A stretch of DNA of 64,000 nt, taken from assembly GCF_009914755.1 (NCBI RefSeq), contig NC_060925.1. The stretch is one strand, 5' to 3'. How positions within the stretch are numbered: the stretch's first letter is position 1; each line of letters begins with the position of its first letter. Position numbers and translations under genes: made by a program. The DNA is from the human T2T-CHM13v2.0 reference genome, Homo sapiens. This document shows positions 1 to 12,916 of this stretch, in pieces. The notes under the pieces are model-generated. The model saw only the letters and a program-made list of their open reading frames with translations, was not told the DNA's origin and made no database searches.

Positions 1-561
1 TGAGAAAGAGTGGAGATGAGTATACTCTGGCATCAGGCATGAGAGGGGCCCTGCATTCATATGCTCCTGGAGTGGACATCTGTTGTTTTGTTCATCCAGC
101 TCCCTTAAAAGAGCTCCAACTCCACTCCAGCCGTATCATTCCAGCAGAGCTGCCAGCCACAGGACCAGCCGTGTTTCCTGCCCTCCACTGTGGGACCCAG
201 GCCAAGGTCTCTTTCCTTCGGCCCAGCGATTAGATGGCCTAATCAGCACCTTCTCCCCTCTCCCAACACCCCCTTACCCGCAAGAAACGTGTAACTAGCA
301 GGGTAACATTCTTACTGCTTTTAAGTAATGAAGATGGAAGGATTTGTTATTAGTGACCACAAATAGGCATCTTCCTTGCCACATGCAGGAAGTCTCTCTG
401 CAATGGAAGAGAAAGACAGAAACACACAGAGAGAAAAAGAAACAAGAGATGGAGGGAGGAGAGAAGAACGTGAATAAAAGCAAAACCTGTTGTATCTCAA
501 TACTTGGAACAGTTGCTGACATGTAGTAGGCATTCAATAAATAGTTGTTCAATGAATAATT

Positions 562-612
562 GAAGGGGAAGAGGAGGGAAAGGAGGAGGGGGGGAGAGAG
601 AGGGAGAGAGGG
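562..612 (+). repeat. Polypurine (GA-rich) low-complexity tract
   Basis: About 50 nt of only G/A: gaaggggaagaggagggaaaggaggagggggggagagagagggagagaggg. Confidence 0.85.
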
Positions 613-879
613 TGATTTCATTTGTATCGGATCCAGAACTTTTTCCGCGTTTATTTATGGAGTTAGTGTCACGTACTAGGCACTATGCTAGGAGCTGATA
701 TTATAATAATGAACAGACAGATAGACTTCCTGCCCCAGGGGAGTTTATATTCTAGTAAAGGAGGTAAACAACGAAATAATTATGGTTGCCATAAGTCAAA
801 TACCCCCATGAGGAATGCCTTTGAAGGCTGTGCGACCACGCACCTTCTTGACCTCTCTTGGACAAGCTACAAGCTGCCT

Positions 880-1240
880 GGCTCACAGTAACTCCCCAGC
901 CCTGAACCATGCCTCCAGTTCTCAGGGTGGGTCTCCACTGGCAATATCAATACCATATGACTCTGCTAAACCAGTCGATCTCCTTAACAAAAACAGGGAA
1001 TTTCGACCTCAGAGACAGAGACTAGGATTCATTGCAGTTGAGTTGTGTTAAAGTAAAACTTATAGAACAAACTTTTAGAATTCCTGCTGCCAATGTCCAA
1101 AGACTGTCCCTGATCCTTGCCCATACTGAGGTTTGGTCACTTGTTTCTTATGAATTCTGTACATATCCTCAGGATCCCTAAGGAAATGCCCTTTTTTGCT
1201 TAAGCTAACCAAAATTGTTATCTATTTTTTGCAGCCAAAA
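880..1240 (+). mobile_element. Old ERVL/MaLR-type LTR fragment
   Basis: 3' end ccttttttgcttaagctaacc...tgcagccaaaa resembles MLT1/ERVL LTR termini; 5' boundary uncertain. Confidence 0.45.
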
Positions 1241-1474
1241 AAAAAAAAATCACTAAAACAAAAACATTTCCTCAACTCTCTAGATAATTAAGACAATAAA
1301 AAAGAAAATAAAGTAAGTATAATTTATAGAGTGCTTTAGAATTTTCCTAAGACTTTTCCCTGCATTACTTCCTTTTAATGTCCCAGTATCATTGAGAACC
1401 ATGAAGAAGGCACCATTATTTACTCCCATCTACAGATGAAAAATCTAACCCTCAGCAATGTCAACTGTTATTTC

Positions 1475-1630
1475 AGAGCTTTGATATCAGAAATACCCCA
1501 TTTCAAACCCAATTAATGTCACTAGCTGTGGAATTTGAGCAAGTAATTTAACCTCTCTGAGCCTCAATTTCCTCATGTGTAAAATGCAAGGAAGGGCAGG
1601 TATCCCACTTTCACGGGGTTGTGAGGATGA
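1475..1630 (+). mobile_element. MIR SINE
   Basis: MIR core gcaagtaatttaacctctctgagcctcaatttcctcatgtgtaaaatg. Confidence 0.8.
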
Positions 1631-2929
1631 ACTAGATCTTGGATGTGAAGCTCTGAGGACAAACTTGGCTCTTGACAGCTTCCCGAGTGCTCAGGGTCCC
1701 ATGCCGCTACCTTCCCATCCCCTATACATGTTTGCAAATGTGCATGCATGCGCACGCATTCACACACACACATGACTTGAACAGGCATAAGTCACTAAAC
1801 AGGATTTTGAACCTTGATCTCCTGACTCTAGAATCTTCACTCTTTTTGCTACTCACAAGCTGTGAACAGAATAGTAGAAAAGACTCAAATTTACATTATG
1901 GAAAAACTTGGATTTATTTGGTCTGGAGAAGATTCCAAGGAACATTTGTAGGTTTATCCCAGAGAACAGACAACAGATTTACACAGTGTGTTCTCAGAGG
2001 TAGAACTAGAGCCAAGTTACTGGGTTTCTGTTTAGTATAAAGAACTTTTTCAGGGCCAACAGTGCAGCCATCCAGGGGAGTGGTGAGACATGTCACTGGC
2101 ACTGAGCAAGCCAACTCGGGGACCTACTCAGAATGCAGGCATGGAACCTAAATTCCTCCAAGCCCTGTGAGTCTAAGAGTCTAAGAGCCTCTTAGGTACA
2201 CTCTTAGATGTACTTGAGATTGCCTGACAAGACACTGTGCCTCGAGGATCAGCTTTCACAAGCAGATGAATCCTTGTCGAAAAGTTGTGGCCTTAGTGGA
2301 ATATTACAGAGCAAAGTAGACAGGCTGCGCCATTTGTCATCTTTGATGTGAGTCCTGGATTCTATAGGTCTCATCTCTCTAATCATCAGGACCGATCATG
2401 TGATCATCACATAGCCTCACAGGGCAGCTGGGGACCAGCAGAGCAGCATCCCTTGTCAGCCTTCAGGGCTTACCTAGATTAAGTTTGTCTCCTTCAGAGC
2501 TTTCCCAGGAGAGTGCTTGGCCCAGAGCGGACTGTTAGGAAAAGCCAACCCCCTTTGACCAAGAGCCACAGATTCAAAGTGGGAAGCTGTGTGTTACAAA
2601 AGTTGTAAGCCCACTCTCAGGGACCCTAAGGATCTAGGTTCAAATGGTGTGTATGATGGGAGCAAATCACTAACCCTTTCCACTGTTAAGTTCCTCATAT
2701 GTAACACACAGGGTGGCTAGGAAGATGAAGAGAAGAAACACTGTTAGCACAGTGCCCAGGAAACAGTCATGTCCAGGGAGGAGGAGTCCATCCACTCTCC
2801 TTCCTTCTTCCCTGTCTCTCCTTGTTTTTCCTTCTTCCCCCAGTTTCCAAGACCTTTCAGCCCACAGTAATCTTCCAATTGGGCTGGTGGTCCCGGCTGT
2901 GCCCTATTAGGCTTTCCAGCCATATTGAG

Positions 2930-3710
2930 CATCCTAATCCCCTGTGGTCAGTCTATGAAGCACCATTCACACACACCATCACATTTAACACTTCAGGATC
3001 ATTTCCTGCTACTCCCCGCCACCTCCCTCTCTCCACTCCCAGAAACACCCACCATCTTCGATTCCTCAGACACATCAAGCCCTTCAATCACCTTGGGCCT
3101 TTGCACTTGCTGTTTCCTCTGCCTGGAATACTCTCCCTAACCCCATTCTTCTCATAGCTGGTTCCTCATCATGGGGGCTCCTTCAGATGTCACCCCTCAA
3201 AGACGCCTTCCCTGACCACCCTATTGGAAGCAGAGTCCTCCCAGTTATTCTTTGTCACATCATCTTATCTTCTTTCAGAGCACTGATGATCATAACCTAT
3301 AAATCTATTCTGTTTGTTTAATTTTTTTTTTTGATCTTGTGTTACCCAGGCTGTAGTTCAGTGATGTGATCTTGGCTCACTGCAGCCTCAACCTCCTAAG
3401 CTCAAGTGATCCTCCCATCTCAGCCTCCCGAGTAGCTGGGACTACAGGCATGCACCATCACACCCAGCTAATTTTTATATTTGAGATGGGGTTTTGCCAC
3501 ATTGCCCAGGCTGGTCTTGAACTCCTGGGCTCAAGCGATCCACCTGCCTCAGCCTCCCAAAGTGCTAGGATGTTTAATTGTTTATTTTAAGGCCACCTTT
3601 TTGGAGTGTAAACTCCAGGAGGAAAGTATCCTTATGTCTGCTGCTCATTGCTGAATCCCAGAAGCTAGCACACTAGCATGATGAATGAATGAGTGCGTGA
3701 GTGGACAAAT
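2930..3710 (+). mobile_element. L2 LINE 3' fragment, interrupted by an Alu
   Basis: gggcctttgcacttgctgtttcctctgcctggaa, ccttccctgaccaccct, ends in atgaatgaatga. Confidence 0.75.
3322..3571 (-). mobile_element. AluJ-type SINE, 5'-truncated
   Basis: Poly-T, then ctcactgcagcctcaacctcc...gctcaagcgatcc...cctcccaaagtgct; flanking tgtttaatt repeats (TSD). Confidence 0.92.
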
Positions 3711-5404
3711 GAACATTAGCATCACATTTTATGAATGAGGAAACAGACACTTGGAGGAGACTTGCCTCATTTCTCACAGTGACTGTGGGCCTCTCTGCGA
3801 ACACTCCCCATGTCTATTTGCTTTGCTCTAGGATGCTGGGGACTGACCGTGTCCCAGGGAAAGAATAGGCCATGTCTCAGGAGACATCCCTGAACCAGAG
3901 CCTCAGGAACAGTGTTTTTGAATGCTACCAAATGTTAGGCACTGTGCTGCGTGTTTGACATACACAATCTCACTTAATCCTTTGTGGTAACCTATTTGTC
4001 TCAGAAAACAAAACTGAGGCACAAAGAATTATATTTCCTTGTGCAAAATTGTGGCAGAATAGGCCAGCAAATCTGAGACCACCAGAACCCCAGGTGGGTG
4101 AACCACTGGAGAATGCTGCCTCCCCTTCTGAATGCTCACTCCCTCCTTGCTCCTTTCTCAGCTCCCCACTCTGTGACCCTCAGGCCTGCAACAGACCGTA
4201 GGAGACACAGAATTGCCTTTGAGTTTAAATGGAGCCGGAAATCTTAAAATCTCTGAAAGCAAAAAGAGAACGACCTCTTTTGAGAGTCACCCACCTGTAA
4301 TTGGCACAGCCCTGTCGCATCTCCCTCAATTTGTAACAGGGCAGAAATCCTGTTGAAGTCCCTGGAAGGCAGTCCCTGCTTAACGAGGACATGATCCAGC
4401 CCTGGGCGTTTCCGGCCACTTTCAAAGCCATAGCCCAGAGCTAGTTTTAATGATCACGAGAGGAACTTCTGAGAGAGTTGTAAGAGGAGGATGGGATAAT
4501 TGCACTAGAAATACATGCCACAGACAACAATGGCCAGTTGGCCCAGGGCTCTTCAGGAGACGTAGCCTTCAAGGTCAGTTCCTCTGGTTCCTGTTCTGAT
4601 TCCCTCTGACTCTGCTCCAAGATAATTAGAAAAGAACGATAATATCATCCCCCCCCCACTGCCACCATCTCACCAACCTCTGCCTCCCACCCTGATAAAG
4701 CTGCAGTAAAGAATGTTTCTTAGTGGCTGAGTTTAATGAAAATACCATGGGTTTGGGAGTGGGAAGCTTGACTGAGCTCCCTACCCGCTGTGTGACCTTA
4801 AGCAAGTTACTTAACCTCTCTGGACCGTCTCAGCTGGAGGAAAAATATCAAATAGTACCTACCCGACATGCCACCAACTTTCTAGTTGGTGACAGTGGCT
4901 GACACAGGGTGGGCGTGCTAATGTTATCATTGCCAGTAGCAGAGAAATAGAGATGTGACATTTTGAACTGTTATTATATATTTCTGGTCTTCAAAAATCC
5001 ATTCATGCCTGTATGACAAAATGATTAATATGTGTTTCAGCCTTCCCTCCTCTCACCCCCACCTCTTTCTTATCCCCTACCTGCTAGAGAGGACTTTGTC
5101 TTTGTCTTCTCCCTAGCCCCACCCTTCAGGAAGACTTCCGTCTTTGTCAGATTTCTGTGCTGCAGAGCTGGGAGAAGGAATGGTTAGTGCCCAGACACCG
5201 TGGCACCCCTCAGCCCTTTAGTCTCCCTTCCACCCCTTTTCTATCTCTACTAGAATTGCAAACTCCATGATGATGGGGACTTGGTCTGTGTTGTTTATAG
5301 CCCTATCCTGGCATCTACTACAGTCCTAGCATGTAGATATTTGTTAGCATGGATGGATATTTGCTGGATAATGAAACTTCAATACCAAGGGATGATATCA
5401 GGAA

Positions 5405-5595
5405 TGATTTGCCCCCTTTCCCCAGGCAATGCTGAAAATATTTTCGGGTGTCACACCTGGAAGGGAGTGCTAATGGCCTCTGGTGAGTAGAAGCCAAGGA
5501 TGCTGCTAAGTATCCCACAGTGCACAAGGACAGCCACCTACAACAAAGAATTATCCAGCCCCACATGTCAATAGTGCTGAGGTTGAGAAACTGCT
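5405..5595. mobile_element. MER20 (hAT-Charlie) DNA transposon
   Basis: ggatgctgctaag...cacaaggacagcc...caacaaagaattatccagccc...gtcaatagtgctgaggttgagaaac. Confidence 0.85.
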
Positions 5596-5609
5596 ACACT
5601 CCACGTCCA

Positions 5610-6500
5610 GGCAGCTTTGTCCTGCAACCATTCTGGGCCAAGACACTGTCCTTTCTCATTTGTTACCCTGCAATATCTTCCTATCAGACCTCCCTGCTCC
5701 CCATCTTGTCCCCTGAAATCTACCCTCTCCATGGAGCAGCCAAAGTAAGGTTTTAAAAATCAAGTCACTTTCTTACTAAAAACCCTTCCAAAAACCTATG
5801 GCTTCCCACTGCCCTTCAAAGAAAAGCCTAACTCCTTACTGCATCTTACAAAGCCCTATGTGACCTGACTTGCACTGGCTTCTTGGTCTCGGTTCCTACT
5901 ACTTGCCTCCTCACTCACTCAGCTCCAACTACACTGACTCTCTGTTTCTCTAACATGGTGGGTCTCAACGTGTACTCCCTGGACCAGCAGCCTCGGCATC
6001 GCCTGAAATCAGTTAGACATGCATTTCTCCAGCCCCATTCCAGACCCACTGAATAGAAACTCCAGAGGAAACCTGAGCACTCTGGTTTAACAGGCCATCC
6101 AGGCGATTCTGATGCATGCTTGAGACCCAGTGATCTGACAGAGAGGCTCATTTCTACCTCAGGACCTTTGCACCTGCTCTTCTCTTTGTCTGGATTATTC
6201 TTCCCCCAGATCTTCAGGTGATGAAATCCTCATTCAAGTCTCAACTCAGTTGATACTTCCTCACACAGGCCTTCCCTGAACATTCTCTCTAGCTGTCCTC
6301 TGACCCAAGTTAATAACACATTCCTTTGTAACAAGTGTTATTTCATTATATGGTAAGTTATTTGTTTGCATTTATTTTCTCCCCTCTCTGATACAACGTA
6401 AGCTCCACTGGAGAGCAAGGATTCTCCAGTGTTCATTGATCTATCCGTAGTGTCCAGGGCAGTGTCTGTCAAAATGTGTATTAAGTGATTGAATAAGTGG
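5610..6500 (+). mobile_element. L2 LINE fragment, interrupted by MER5A
   Basis: L2 hallmarks cagccaaagt...atggcttcccactgcc...ctcaggacctttgcacctgct...ggccttccctga. Confidence 0.75.
5955..6132. mobile_element. MER5A (hAT-Charlie)
   Basis: tccctggaccagcagc...ccccattccagacccactgaat...tttaacagg...ccaggcgattctgatgca. Confidence 0.85.
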
Positions 6501-8934
6501 AAGATCTGATTGGTGGGAAAGCAGGGGAGAAACTAAAACCAAAGAGGGTTTCAATTTACATTATATTGAGAAGTGGAGACAGGAAAAAAGAGAAAAAAAT
6601 ACTCAGACTGGGATATTTAAGAATTTTGACTCTTGGAGATGGAAGGAGTGGATGCTTGAGAAGGAGGAAAAGGTTTTCTGAGACGTGTTCTTGTTGACAT
6701 TACAAAACACCCAAGTGGAGACTCAGTTCCCACAGGGCTGCTGAACTGTGCTGGGTAGAAGGCGACTTTATGCAGAGGTAATGTGGGTCCCTGGGACTGA
6801 AGAGATTTACACAAGAGCATCCTGCATTCATTCAACACACATAGAAGTCCCAGATACACACAAAAAAAGTTCTGGGGGGAACACAAGAGATGAATTAGAT
6901 ACAAATCCTGTCTTCAGGAAACTTGAGGTTTAAGTCAAAGGTAAGACTCACACAGAGGTGATCACGTGAAAAGGGAGACAATGCCAAGAAAGAAAACGTT
7001 TTTCTCAGCTATGTACTCTATATACAGCATCTCCTTGGTGCTTTATATAAAGTATGTCATGGAATATCCACAAAAACCCTGTTAAGTATCCCCATTTTTC
7101 AGGTGATAATAAAGTGATAACGTTGAGCATTTGGTCTGTTTAAATCTAAAGGCTTTCTAAGAATTCTCATTGAATTCTTACACCATTCCAAGGAGGCATT
7201 TACTATCATAATCCCCTTTGCACAGATGAGAAAATTGAACCTCATACAGGTGAAGTGATATGCACAAAGTAATAGAGCACTTCTGCTCAAAAAAATAAAC
7301 AAAAAAAGAATTGAGGATCCTGGTTCTTTCCACTATGCCACCCTTCCCCCAGGACGTTATGCAGAGGCCATTTTCAGCTTTAGGTAAGGAAACACTAGCC
7401 AAGCAGCATCGCTGTCTGAAAACACAGTGGGCTGTCCCAGGAAGCAGTGAGCTCTCTGTTGTTATATGCATCCAAACAGAGGCCGGAAAATCATTTGTCT
7501 GAGATGAGGTAGTGATTTCTGCGAATAGGGATATTACACTGATGACTTCTACGTTTCTGGATGTAACATCTCATGATTCTATTCCCAGTTACGTGGACTT
7601 GGGACCATGCTTCTCCTCTCTAGACCTCATTTTTATTCCATGGAGTTATATGATCATTAAGGTGCCTTGTAGGCCTTGCATTAAAAGGTTCCTAGTTTTA
7701 AAGGGCAGAGATGGAGGCCAAGGACACTGAGCACTGGCTAGGATTTCTCTCACTGAGGGTCCTGTTTAGCCAAGGGACCTGGGAACTTTGGAACTTTACT
7801 TCCTTCCCAATTTTGTCTCCAACTGGCCACAAACAATCCCGTACTGTGGAAAATTACAGGCAGCAAAGCACTGGTTTGATGACAAAGTGTTTTGGAGCCA
7901 TTCCCATAGCCAGCTTGAGAACCTGTACTTCCCCACACACCACCTCCATCCCCACCACCCTCCCACAAAACCTCTCGTTTTATTAGAATTCCAATCATGC
8001 TCCAGTGATTTTGAATCCCCAGAATTCCTTTATCCCAGAGCAAGAGTAATTGGATTTTTTTCCTTCTCAGCCCCGGCCGCCCCTCCACTTCATCAGCATG
8101 CTGGGCTCTGGGCCCACCCAGCCCCATGAAGGAATTGAAAAGATGCCATGCGGCTTTATGAAATCATATATAAGATCTTTAAGGATGCTTTCTGCAGTGG
8201 AGGGGGAGTTTTTATTTTTCCATAAATCACTTCCAGCCTTCAGATAACAATTTTATAGTCTGTTAAGGTCCTAAGACAGAATTTACGATTCTAGGGAATG
8301 GCTCCTTCATCCTGATGTGGCCCTTTCTTCTGCCTTTCAAGCATCCCACCCACCCCTTTCTTGAAGGATCTGGGAAAGGGAATGGGAGGGGAGGGAGCTG
8401 AACCGATGACTTCTACCACTGAATGCAGACACCCTGTGCTTTATATCTTCAAAACACTCTAACATCCGTCATGTCATTTCACCAGCATGAATAGGCTGGA
8501 AATAGGCTGAGCAGGTCTTACTAGTCCCATTTTCCAGATGAGAAAACTAAGACCCGTAATAGAAGCAGGATCTAAACTACTTCTTCTGATTCCAAGTTTC
8601 TTTCCAACATGCTATGATGCCCCCCTAATTACTGTATGGCCTCATGTCTATTCCTGCGCTTAGAAGTAACCCAGGTTTGAAGGGCTGAAATTGTCAAAAT
8701 ACAGCCCAAGAATTAAAGTAATTGTCTTAGTAATGATGGAGGAGAACTGCTGTCCTCCTTCCCAATCCCATAACCACCAATAGACTGTGGTGGTAAACCT
8801 GTTAGCCAAACATTTGCAGTCTGCTTTACTCCACCGTACATGACACTGCCAGAGTTATTTCCCCAAAGCACAAGTGTGACTGGGTCTCTTTATTGCTCAA
8901 AAGCCTTTGGTCTCCCTTTTGCTTAAAGGGAAAA

Positions 8935-9065
8935 ATTACAGAGTTGGTAGGAAACTTGGAGACCATCTAATTTAATTCTCTGTACTGTGCAATAATGTGC
9001 TCTACCACAGTGATATCCCTCAGGCCTCTGCATGAATAACTCCAGTGATGGGGATCTCATTACTC
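8935..9065 (-). mobile_element. L3/CR1 LINE fragment (appears to resume at about 9665-9720)
   Basis: gagaccatctaa...ggcctctgcatgaataactccagtgatggggatctcattact. Confidence 0.55.
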
Positions 9066-9660
9066 TTTTTTATTCCATTCATTCCTTTATTCACTTAATT
9101 TCTTTTATCTGAACAACAGATATTTACTGGACAGCCATGATGTTAAGCCTGGGAACAAAATCCTGAATATCACATACTTAAACATAGTAGTTAAGAGAAA
9201 GTTCTAAAATCAGATTGCCTAAGTTCAAATTCCAACTCCATTATCTAGTCGCTGCAACACCCTGGGCAAGCACATACCCTTTCTGTGGCTCAATTTCCTC
9301 ATATGGAAAATAGAACTAATAATACTTTCAAGCTGGCATATTACAAGCATTTATACATAGAAGCCAGTGATATACGCAAGTAAACAGACATCTACAATGC
9401 AATGAAGTAAGTGTACAGAATGCTGTGGGAGCCTCTAATCCATTTGGGGTGGTGGTCAGGGAAGGCTTCCTAGAGGCAGTGACCTCTAAGTGAGACATTA
9501 TAGCCAAAGAGGAGTTGTCCAAGCAAAGAGAAAGAGAACTACTTTAGTATGAGGAAATGGAATTGCAGACACTATCCTGAAATAAAGAGAAAGTGTATAC
9601 TGTTCAAAGAATTATAAGAGTTCAGCATAGCTGGAGTAGAGAGGGAAAGGAAGGGATATG
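9066..9660 (-). mobile_element. L2 fragment with nested MIR (about 9180-9330)
   Basis: cattcattc...atatttactg; gtcagggaaggcttcctagaggcagtgac; MIR core gggcaag...ctcaatttcctcatatggaaaatag. Confidence 0.7.
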
Positions 9661-9869
9661 ACCTAGCCACTTCCTTTTCAGAGAGCTCCATTATGGAAAA
9701 TCCTTTCTGTCTGAACTCCCAGCACGGTAGTTACAGGCTTCTGCAAGTTGGCCCTAATTTACTTTTGCAAATTTATCTCTCTATTTTGTACACTTTGCTT
9801 TTGCTGTTTCCCCACCAAGGAACGTTTCCTACAGTGGGCTCTTAGGATTTGTAGTTTCTCATACCATTT

Positions 9870-10372
9870 TTGGAGGTAGCAGAATCCCTCTTTTCTATAG
9901 GACACCCATTCCATGTGATTCAGGTGAGCTCACCATGATCTGAACCCACTTTCAGGCTATGTTGCACAAAGAATAACCCATTCTCTGACCATAGTAATGG
10001 GTTCAGGGATGGGCACATAACCCACACTGAGCCACCCAGAGTCCTCCCTTATCTTTTTCTGTTGGAACTAGCATTCCTTTGGTGTTGCTCAGCTGGGAAG
10101 ACATGAGTTGGGACTGCCAGACTGTCTTTCCAGCCCCAGAAAGGAGTCATTCTGAGGAACAGTGCTAAGTAGGGAAAAGCAGAACCATAAGATGGCAAGA
10201 GAGACAGAGGCAAGATAATCTCACCTGAGCTCCTGGATGGAGGCCTGCCAAGAACAGCTGTATTCCTGGACTTCTCAGTTATGTAACCCAGTAAGTTCTC
10301 TCTCTCTTTTGTTTGTTTCTTAAGCTGCTTTGAGTTGGGTTTTTGTCACTTCAAAAAGGATTCTGACTCATT
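9870..10372 (+). mobile_element. MLT1J/K-type MaLR solo LTR
   Basis: ttcagggatgggcac...cctggacttctcagttatg...ttaagctgctttgagttgggtttttgtcact. Confidence 0.75.
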
Positions 10373-11209
10373 CACTTCTGGCCTGTTCATCACCAGTTTT
10401 AGCTTAGTGCAGTTACCAACTCTTCCATGACGATTGCAGCCAGAAGCAAAGGCCTCCGCCCGCCCACCACATTGTTTTTAATCGTGGACACTCAGGATTG
10501 CAGTAGCCAAATGGCATTTGTCACAATCTACCTTCCAGGTTAGAATTTGGTACATAAGTCTGGTCTAGCATCTGAAAGGGAAACTCTTTGTAAGAAGCAC
10601 TGTATCCTCCATGGTGAGTATTACAATGTCCACTACAGAGCAATTGCCCAATAAATGTCTATAGAAAACAAGAAAAGGAATGTGAAGAAAGAGCACTGGA
10701 CAGGAGGATTCAAACCCCAGTTCTAATGTTTCTTAATGAGCATCCTTGGAAAAGCCACTTATCTCCCCTAGACTCAGTTTCTATACTTCTTTACTTCATC
10801 TATAAAACAGGGATAATATTTGTTAAAGTCATTTTAGGCTGGAATAAGAGAATGAATGTTACATGCTTTGTAAAATGAAGAGAGACCTATTTAAATAAGT
10901 TAAAGCTTTAGTCCCTAGCACTGATCAAGGGGTAAGGAGTCCCGAATTTCTGGGTTAAAGACATCTCTGAGAGTAATGATCTATTCGGCAAGCTGGCGAT
11001 CGTCCCTGGACATCATTTATAAAATGAGGACAGGGAGGAGAGCATTAGGTGAGTTAAGGAACAGTCTATGATTCTGTGACAATATCATTCCTAATAGCTT
11101 AGCACTTGGCCTATTAGTATCTCCCTCATGTCAGTGAAGGCAAGATGTTAGTCCAAGGGTCTGAAGACGAACAGGGTCCCCCTTTTGTCACCGCTTCTCA
11201 TCAGTATAA

Positions 11210-11450
11210 CCTTTTATTGAGGGCTTAAATTCAGCAGGCACCATGCTAGGTAATTACATTAATTATCTCACTTATTCTTAAAAACAACTCTATGAGGTAT
11301 GCTCTATTATCCTCTTTCTGACCAGAGAGAAACTGAGGCACAGAAATGTTAAGTAACATGCCTAAACCACGCAGATAAAGAGGGGTAATGTCATCATTCA
11401 AACTTGGGTGACCTTCTCCCAAAGCCCATGCTCTTATCCATCAAACTGCA
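11210..11450 (-). mobile_element. MIR SINE
   Basis: acaactctatgaggta...gagaaactgaggcacagaaatgttaagtaac. Confidence 0.8.
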
Positions 11451-11778
11451 CGGTCTCCCTGTGATTCCCACTATATGATCTGACAGCAGCTGGGAAAGGG
11501 AGATCTGTGTCTACTCCTGGTGGCTTGTGCAGTCCCAACCATGCTAACAGTCCAGGGTGCTGGGGGTCTGCGTTGAGTGAGAATGCCATGCTGCTAATGG
11601 AAGAAAATGTAATTATAGAGCATAATTACAGTGTATCATATTCTGTAATTACACTGATGGTATTTAATATAGAACATATTCTGAAGCTAAATGGAATGGA
11701 AACACCCCCTAAACAGAACAGAGTCAGAGCTGCTAAGAACCTATTCCCTCGACTATACAGAATTGCAGGACCTCTATA

Positions 11779-12121
11779 GAGTCATGTGTCTCTCAACAAC
11801 AGGGATACCTTCTGAGAACTGCATCATTAGGCAATTTTGTCATTCTGTGAACATCATAGAGTGTACTTAATGCAACCCTAGATGGTATAGCTTACTACAC
11901 ACCTAGAGTATATGGTGTAGCATATTGCTTCTAAGCTACTAACCTGGACAGCATAGTACTGAATACTATAGGCAATTGTAATACAGTGGTAAGTATTTCA
12001 GTATCTAAACATATCTAAATATAGGAAAAGCACAGCAAAAATATGACATTATAACCTTATGGAACCACTGTCACACATGTGTTCTGTCACTGATGAAACA
12101 CTCTAATGTGATGTATGACTG
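11779..12121. mobile_element. Tigger3a/MER7A-type TcMar DNA transposon
   Basis: TIR-like ends agtcatg...tatgactg; internal gaacatcatagagtgtactta...ctagatggtatagc..ctacacacctag. Confidence 0.85.
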
Positions 12122-12139
12122 TTATTGCATTCCCCATCT

Positions 12140-12510
12140 TGATGAAAAGTGTCATCATCCACTCAATGGCCCAGTCCCCAAACTAGGGCTACAGTACTTT
12201 CCTCTCACATCCTCACCTAACTCATCCTGCAGAAGCAGCTCAGGTACCATCATCCTCTAAAAGACTTTTCTGACTCCAAAACTGATGTTAGTTACCACTG
12301 ATATGTGCTCTTTCAGCATCTTCCAGCATAGGACTCACCCCACTGTGCTGTAATTGCCTGTTTTATTCTGTGTGTCTCCATGTAGACTGAAGCAACTCGA
12401 ATGCAAAGAATGTATTTTGTTTAGTGTTTATTTCTCCATTCCCAATGCCTAGAATAATGCCTGACATACAGTAAGTGTTTCATGTTTCTTGAATGAATGA
12501 ATGAATCAAT
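12140..12510 (+). mobile_element. L2 3' end
   Basis: tgcctagaataatgcctgacatacagtaagtg...tgaatgaatgaatgaat. Confidence 0.7.
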
Positions 12511-12916
12511 GGGAAACATATTCAAAGAACCATATGTAAGCAATAATGTTTTTTTTTCTATGACTAGGTATGAGGGAAAACATAGCATTATAGAAGGACA
12601 TATTGAGAAGCTTTTAGACCTTCCTTTAATTTTAAAGATGAGAAAAAAAGTCGGGGGTGAGCAGAGAAGTGAAGAAACTTGCACAAGGTCACACAGCAAG
12701 TAGAAAGCAAAAAAATTAAAAAAAAATAAAAAGAAAGAAAAGGTCTTTTAATTCTAAGCTTACTTGCTATTCCATGATATGGTAAAATCTTAGCTATTTA
12801 CAGCCAAAGATCTCGGTTAAGGAAACGAAGTGTCTGAAAAAATAAAAATTTTAATAATAGAAAATATTTGGGTAACAACAAATGTGTCACAAGGTTGCGT
12901 GGGCTGTAATACTTGG

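Noticed and set aside
7523-7584. Imperfect hairpin containing TGATGA (snoRNA/miRNA-like)
   Set aside because: Stem is discontinuous, and there is no suitably placed D box or terminal stem
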